Shown one piece after another: positions 59,140-64,000 of a stretch of 64,000 nucleotides of DNA. This DNA comes from Bacteroidota bacterium (GTDB lineage Bacteria; Bacteroidota; Bacteroidia; UKL13-3). The DNA is taken from positions 32,629 to 96,628 of the forward strand of contig CANGVA010000008.1 of the NCBI GenBank assembly GCA_947457395.1, in the 5' to 3' direction. The notes beneath the pieces were generated by a model, which was not told the DNA's origin, made no database searches, and worked only from the letters and a program-made list of their open reading frames with translations. The position numbers and the translations under genes were made by a program. Numbering within the stretch: position 1 is the stretch's first letter; each line of letters opens with the position of its first letter.

Positions 59140-60279
59140 ATGCAACCCATCCAAATGGTTGATTTAAACAACCAATATCTTAAAATTAAAAATCAGGTAG
59201 ACGAAGCTGTGCTAGATGTAATTGCCTCGTCAAAATTTATTAATGGCCCTGCGGTACAGGAGTTTGCTGCCAATCTTTCAGGGTATTTAAAGGTTAAACA
59301 CGTTATACCTTGCGCCAACGGAACTGATGCCCTTCAGATTGCTATGATGGCGCTAAACCTGCAGCCGGGAGACGAGGTTATTCTTCCCGCATTTACCTAT
59401 GTAGCAACAGCCGAAGTTATTGCCTTACTTAGGCTAAAACCGATAATGGTTGATGTGGATCCTAAAACCTTTTTAATTGACATCTCAAAAATTGAACCTG
59501 CCATCACTTCTAAAACCAAGGCTATTGTTCCGGTTCATTTATTTGGCCAATGTGCCGATATGGAAAGTATTATGCAAATTGCTGCAAGGCATTCACTTTA
59601 TGTAATTGAAGATACCGCTCAGGCCATTGGTGCTGATTATACATTAGGCAATGGTAAGATTAGCAAGGCCGGCACCATTGGAACCATAGGTGCAACATCA
59701 TTTTTTCCTTCAAAAAATCTGGGCTGTATGGGTGATGGTGGTGCCATGTTTACCAATGATGATGAACTGGCCAAAAGGCTTAAGATGATTGCCAACCATG
59801 GTCAGAGTGTTCAGTATGTGCATGATGATATTGGTGTGAACTCCAGGTTGGATACCATACAGGCAGCTATACTTAATGTAAAGCTTAAATATTTAGATGT
59901 TTATGCACAAGCACGTAATCATGTGGCCGATTTTTATGATGTTGCTTTTGCAAACCATCCAAATTTACTACCACCGGTTCGGGTTAAAAACTCCACGCAT
60001 GTATTCCATCAATATACGTTACAAACTTGTGGAATAGATAGAGATCATATGCGTAAATGGCTGGCAGAAAAAAGTATTCCATCTATGGTATATTACCCCA
60101 TTCCGCTGCATTGGCAAAAAGCTTATGCAAGTTCAGATTTTCCTAAAGGTAGTTTACCGGTTACAGAGCAGTTATGTTCATGCGTAATTTCCTTGCCTAT
60201 CTCAACTGAAATGAGCAGTGATCAACTGGAGTATATTGTTAAGCATGTTAAGGACTATTGTAAAGAATTTGCCAAGTAA
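59140..60279 (+). CDS. DegT/DnrJ/EryC1/StrS (WbpE-like) sugar aminotransferase
   Basis: 'ANGTDAL', 'VHLFGQ', 'EDTAQA', 'SFFPSKNLG', 'NSRLD'; TATATTTG promoter element at 59103-59110. Confidence 0.92.
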   Translation: MQPIQMVDLNNQYLKIKNQVDEAVLDVIASSKFINGPAVQEFAANLSGYLKVKHVIPCANGTDALQIAMMALNLQPGDEVILPAFTYVATAEVIALLRLKPIMVDVDPKTFLIDISKIEPAITSKTKAIVPVHLFGQCADMESIMQIAARHSLYVIEDTAQAIGADYTLGNGKISKAGTIGTIGATSFFPSKNLGCMGDGGAMFTNDDELAKRLKMIANHGQSVQYVHDDIGVNSRLDTIQAAILNVKLKYLDVYAQARNHVADFYDVAFANHPNLLPPVRVKNSTHVFHQYTLQTCGIDRDHMRKWLAEKSIPSMVYYPIPLHWQKAYASSDFPKGSLPVTEQLCSCVISLPISTEMSSDQLEYIVKHVKDYCKEFAK

Positions 60280-60291
60280 AATTAAGTAAAC

Positions 60292-61614
60292 ATGAAAATT
60301 GCCGTAGTAGGAACAGGATATGTTGGATTGGTTACAGGTGCCTGTTTATCTGATGTTGGTATTGATGTAACCTGTATTGATATTGATGATAAAAAAATTG
60401 AAAACCTGAAAAAGGGTGTATTGCCAATTTATGAGCCCGGACTTGAGGAGATTGTTGAACGAAACACACAAGCGGGTCGTTTGCATTTCTCCACTTCTCT
60501 TGCCGAAAGTATTAAAGGTTGTGATGTAGCTTTTATTGCAGTTGGAACACCTCCTGGTGAAGATGGCAGTGCTGACTTAAAATATGTATTGGCAGTTGCT
60601 ACTCAAATTGGTGAAAATATAGAAGATTATTTGGTGGTAGTTACCAAAAGTACTGTGCCTGTAGGCACAGCAACCAAGGTAAAGAAAGCTGTTCAGGATG
60701 CACTGGACAAGCGCAGCTCAAATGTGCTCTTTGATGTGGCATCCAATCCTGAATTCTTAAAGGAGGGGGCAGCCATCGATGATTTTCAGCGTCCAGATAG
60801 GATTGTAATTGGAGTAGAAAGCCAGCGTGCAGAAGATGTAATGCGTAAATTATATAAGCCTTTCCTACTTAACGGTCACCCCATTATTTTTATGGATATC
60901 CCATCTGCTGAGATGACCAAGTATGCAGCTAACGCCATGCTTGCTACTAAAATCAGTTTCATGAATGATATTGCAAACCTTTGTGAGATTATGGGTGCTG
61001 ATGTGAACCTTGTAAGAAAAGGCATAGGCAGTGATCCCAGAATAGGTAATAAATTTATTTATCCTGGTATAGGATATGGTGGCTCCTGTTTCCCAAAAGA
61101 TGTAAAAGCGTTGATAAAAACTGCGCAAGAAAACGGTTATCGTATGCGCATATTACAAGCAGTTGAGCAAGTAAATGAAAGCCAAAAATCTGTTTTGGTT
61201 GATAAAATACTGAAACATTTTAATGACGCGGTAAAAGGTAAAACCTTCGCCTTATGGGGGCTCTCCTTTAAGCCCAAAACGGATGATATGCGTGAGGCAC
61301 CATCATTGGTTATTATTGATAAGTTGATTCAAGCAGGGGCAAAAATTGTAGCATATGATCCGGTGGCTATACATGAAGCGAAAAAAATTATTGGCGAACA
61401 GATAAATTATGTAACAAAACCTGATACAGCGCTGGTTGATGCAGATGCCTTAATTATTGCAACAGAATGGCCTGAGTTTCGTTCTCCTGATTTTAATGTG
61501 ATGAAAAAGCTCATGAAAGGCAATGCTATTTTTGACGGACGAAATATTTATGATCCGGTTGAAATGAAAGAACTTGGATTTGATTATTACTGCATTGGAA
61601 TAAGAACTAAATAA
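60292..61614 (+). CDS. ugd: UDP-glucose 6-dehydrogenase
   Basis: GTGYVG, 'SNPEFLKEG', '[10 protein letters not shown]', '[10 protein letters not shown]'. Confidence 0.93.
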   Translation: MKIAVVGTGYVGLVTGACLSDVGIDVTCIDIDDKKIENLKKGVLPIYEPGLEEIVERNTQAGRLHFSTSLAESIKGCDVAFIAVGTPPGEDGSADLKYVLAVATQIGENIEDYLVVVTKSTVPVGTATKVKKAVQDALDKRSSNVLFDVASNPEFLKEGAAIDDFQRPDRIVIGVESQRAEDVMRKLYKPFLLNGHPIIFMDIPSAEMTKYAANAMLATKISFMNDIANLCEIMGADVNLVRKGIGSDPRIGNKFIYPGIGYGGSCFPKDVKALIKTAQENGYRMRILQAVEQVNESQKSVLVDKILKHFNDAVKGKTFALWGLSFKPKTDDMREAPSLVIIDKLIQAGAKIVAYDPVAIHEAKKIIGEQINYVTKPDTALVDADALIIATEWPEFRSPDFNVMKKLMKGNAIFDGRNIYDPVEMKELGFDYYCIGIRTK

Positions 61615-61625
61615 CCTACTCATTT

Positions 61626-62594
61626 ATGCCAAGAATATTAATAACAGGTGCAGCAGGATTTTTGGGGTCACATTTGTGCGACCGTTTTATTAAAGAAGGT
61701 TTTGAGGTGGTTGGGATGGATAATTTAATTACAGGCGATCTTAAAAACATAGAGCATCTGTTTAAGTTAAAAGAGTTTGAATTCTACCATCATGATGTAA
61801 GCAAGTTTGTTCATGTATCCGGTAAATTGGATTATATTTTACATTTCGCATCACCTGCCAGCCCGATAGATTATCTGAAGATTCCTATTCAAACACTAAA
61901 AGTAGGGTCATTGGGTACTCATAATTGCCTAGGTTTGGCAAAGGATAAACGTGCGCGTATTTTGGTGGCTTCAACATCTGAAGTGTATGGAGATCCAATG
62001 GTGCATCCGCAAACAGAAGATTATTGGGGAAATGTGAATCCCGTTGGCCCGCGTGGTGTGTATGATGAAGCCAAGCGTTTTCAGGAAGCTATTACCATGG
62101 CATACCATACCTATCATGGTTTGGAAACACGCATTGTGCGTATTTTTAATACTTATGGGCCCAGAATGCGATTGAATGATGGCAGGGTATTACCAGCTTT
62201 TATTGGACAGGCATTGCGTGGCGAAGATTTAACCGTTTTTGGTGATGGATCTCAAACCCGTTCTTTTTGCTATGTTGATGATTTGATAGAAGGTATTTAC
62301 CGTTTGCTGATGAGTGATTATACCTACCCGGTTAATATTGGTAACCCCGATGAAATTACGATAAAAGAGTTTGGAGAAGAAATTATTAAACTAACCGGAA
62401 CCAAACAGAAATTAATTTATAAGCCACTGCCTAAGGATGATCCCAAACAAAGACAACCCAATATTAATCTTGCTAAAGAACTGCTTGGATGGGAGCCAAA
62501 AGTGAGCAGGGCAGAGGGCTTGAAAATTACCTATGATTATTTTAAAAATCTGCCACCGGAAGAACTAAACAAAAGTGCTCACCGATTTGACTAA
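61626..62594 (+). CDS. UDP-glucuronic acid decarboxylase (UDP-xylose synthase)
   Basis: GAAGFLGSH, 'ASPASP', 'STSEVYGDP', 'YDEAKR', '[10 protein letters not shown]'. Confidence 0.9.
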   Translation: MPRILITGAAGFLGSHLCDRFIKEGFEVVGMDNLITGDLKNIEHLFKLKEFEFYHHDVSKFVHVSGKLDYILHFASPASPIDYLKIPIQTLKVGSLGTHNCLGLAKDKRARILVASTSEVYGDPMVHPQTEDYWGNVNPVGPRGVYDEAKRFQEAITMAYHTYHGLETRIVRIFNTYGPRMRLNDGRVLPAFIGQALRGEDLTVFGDGSQTRSFCYVDDLIEGIYRLLMSDYTYPVNIGNPDEITIKEFGEEIIKLTGTKQKLIYKPLPKDDPKQRQPNINLAKELLGWEPKVSRAEGLKITYDYFKNLPPEELNKSAHRFD

Positions 62595-62604
62595 TTAAAA
62601 ATTA

Positions 62605-62826
62605 TTAGCGAAAAGACTGCTTGAGTTTTTTTGCCATCTCAGGTAACTCAACTATTGGAAGCGCGTTGTTCTGACCAGGTTTTTGTTTTCTCTTACCCTT
62701 TCTTAGCACGTATCTGAATATGTTGCTGTTACTTAAATCAATCATCAGCAGGCATAGAATAATACCCGTGGTTTTAAAAATGTTACCTAAAGTGTTTGCC
62801 GGTTTTGGAACCATAGCTTTCATCAC
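62605..62826 (-). CDS. Small hypothetical protein with one hydrophobic segment and a basic tail
   Basis: 73-aa ORF filling the gap downstream of uvrA; no recognised family. Confidence 0.35.
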   Translation of the reverse strand: MMKAMVPKPANTLGNIFKTTGIILCLLMIDLSNSNIFRYVLRKGKRKQKPGQNNALPIVELPEMAKKLKQSFR

Positions 62827-62891
62827 TAGATGATTAAGTTATCCACAAAAATAGGCTTAGATTCACAAAAACCTAATTTATTTATTGAATA

Positions 62892-64000
62892 TCAGCTTAT
62901 TCTCAATTTTTTTGACAAAAACCGTGCGGTATGTCCCTTAGGCTTTTTTACCATTTCTTCCGGAGTACCTTCAAATACAAGCTCACCACCGTTTTTACCC
63001 GCTTCCGGCCCCAGGTCAATAACCCAATCCGCACATTTAATTACATCCATATTGTGCTCAATAACAATAATGCTGTGGCCTTGATGTATTAAAGCGTTAA
63101 AAGAGGTAAGAAGCTTGTTTATATCATGAAAATGGAGTCCGGTAGTGGGTTCATCAAAAATGAAGAGCACATGCTCCTGGTTTTTACCTTTACCTAAGAA
63201 TGAAGCTAGCTTCACTCGCTGCGCTTCGCCACCGGATAAGGTGTTGGATGATTGGCCCAGTTGCACATAACCCAAACCTACATCGGCAAGTGGCTTTATT
63301 TTATTGATGATAGAGGCTTCTTCTGAAAAGTACTCAAGTGATTCATCAATAGTCATTTTTAGCACATCGCTAATATTTTTGCCTTTATAAGTTATATCCA
63401 GAATTTCTTCTTTAAAGCGGCTGCCTTTGCATTCCTCGCAAGGCAAATGAATATCTGCCATAAACTGCATTTCAATGGTAACTTCTCCTTCACCCATGCA
63501 AGTTTCACACCTGCCACCATCTACATTAAATGAAAAATGCTGAGGCTTATATCCCCTAGATTTAGCCATAGGCTGTGAAGAAAATAAATCCCTGATGGCG
63601 TCATACGCTTTGATATAGGTAACCGGATTGGATCGAGATGATTTGCCTATGGGATTCTGATCAACCAATTCAATCTGTTTTACTGATTTTAGATTTCCGC
63701 CCAGCTTATCAAAAGCACCTGTTTTTTCTCCTGTGTAATTACCTAAGTGTTTTTGCATAGCCGGGTGCAGAATACCTTTTACCAGTGTTGTTTTGCCGCT
63801 ACCAGAAACGCCTGTTACGGCAATAAGGCAATGTAATGGGAATTTTATATTTATACCTTTTAGGTTATGGTGCCTGGCTCCGCATACCTCAATATAATCA
63901 CTCCATTTTCTCCGCTTTGCTGGTATGGTAATACTTTCTGTTTCTGCAAGGTATTTACCTGTTAAGCTGTTCTTGTTTTTCTTTATTGCTGCCATATTGC
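62892..64000 (-). CDS. uvrA: Excinuclease ABC subunit UvrA, C-terminal part (5' end outside window)
   Basis: GVSGSGKT, 'FSFNVDGGRCETC', 'LSGGEAQRVKLA', 'DEPTTGLH'. Confidence 0.95.
   Translation of the reverse strand, partial: NMAAIKKNKNSLTGKYLAETESITIPAKRRKWSDYIEVCGARHHNLKGINIKFPLHCLIAVTGVSGSGKTTLVKGILHPAMQKHLGNYTGEKTGAFDKLGGNLKSVKQIELVDQNPIGKSSRSNPVTYIKAYDAIRDLFSSQPMAKSRGYKPQHFSFNVDGGRCETCMGEGEVTIEMQFMADIHLPCEECKGSRFKEEILDITYKGKNISDVLKMTIDESLEYFSEEASIINKIKPLADVGLGYVQLGQSSNTLSGGEAQRVKLASFLGKGKNQEHVLFIFDEPTTGLHFHDINKLLTSFNALIHQGHSIIVIEHNMDVIKCADWVIDLGPEAGKNGGELVFEGTPEEMVKKPKGHTARFLSKKLRIS

Noticed and set aside
62830-62890. oriC based on a DnaA box
   Set aside because: Only one perfect box in a very short gap; no box cluster or origin-associated genes.
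1-64000. CRISPR arrays, tRNA/rRNA, prophage, IS elements or defence islands
   Set aside because: No periodic repeats, RNA gene signatures, integrase/transposase or defence-family motifs were seen by eye.

Overview
AT-rich, gene-dense chromosomal window from a Bacteroidota bacterium (GldM/GldN, a T9SS C-terminal sorting domain, TAnnTTTG promoters). Most of it is housekeeping: the end of gldM plus gldN, dtd-rsgA-fluC, a photolyase cluster, ppx, rnz, metF, secA, deoC, serC/serA/DUF1015, mlaEFD, a complete nuoA-N complex I operon, map, a cysteine desulfurase, a UvrD/PcrA helicase, waaA, nucleotide-sugar genes and a partial uvrA. I found no rRNA, tRNA, CRISPR array or intact mobile element. The most notable observations are: (1) a clpP with all three catalytic residues, tightly embedded between nuoH and nuoI; (2) a ~1.2 kb region with an HTH-only LysR protein, 17-bp inverted repeats ~400 bp apart and a terminated small ORF/sRNA; (3) a candidate ~75-nt sRNA with its own promoter and an anti-start-codon segment; (4) a heme-c-fused PHM-like copper monooxygenase paired with a redoxin; (5) a recurring TATGA-N6-TCATA operator; (6) a frameshifted photolyase; (7) a decayed four-helix-bundle gene between serC and serA. 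All calls come from reading motifs by eye; no searches were run.
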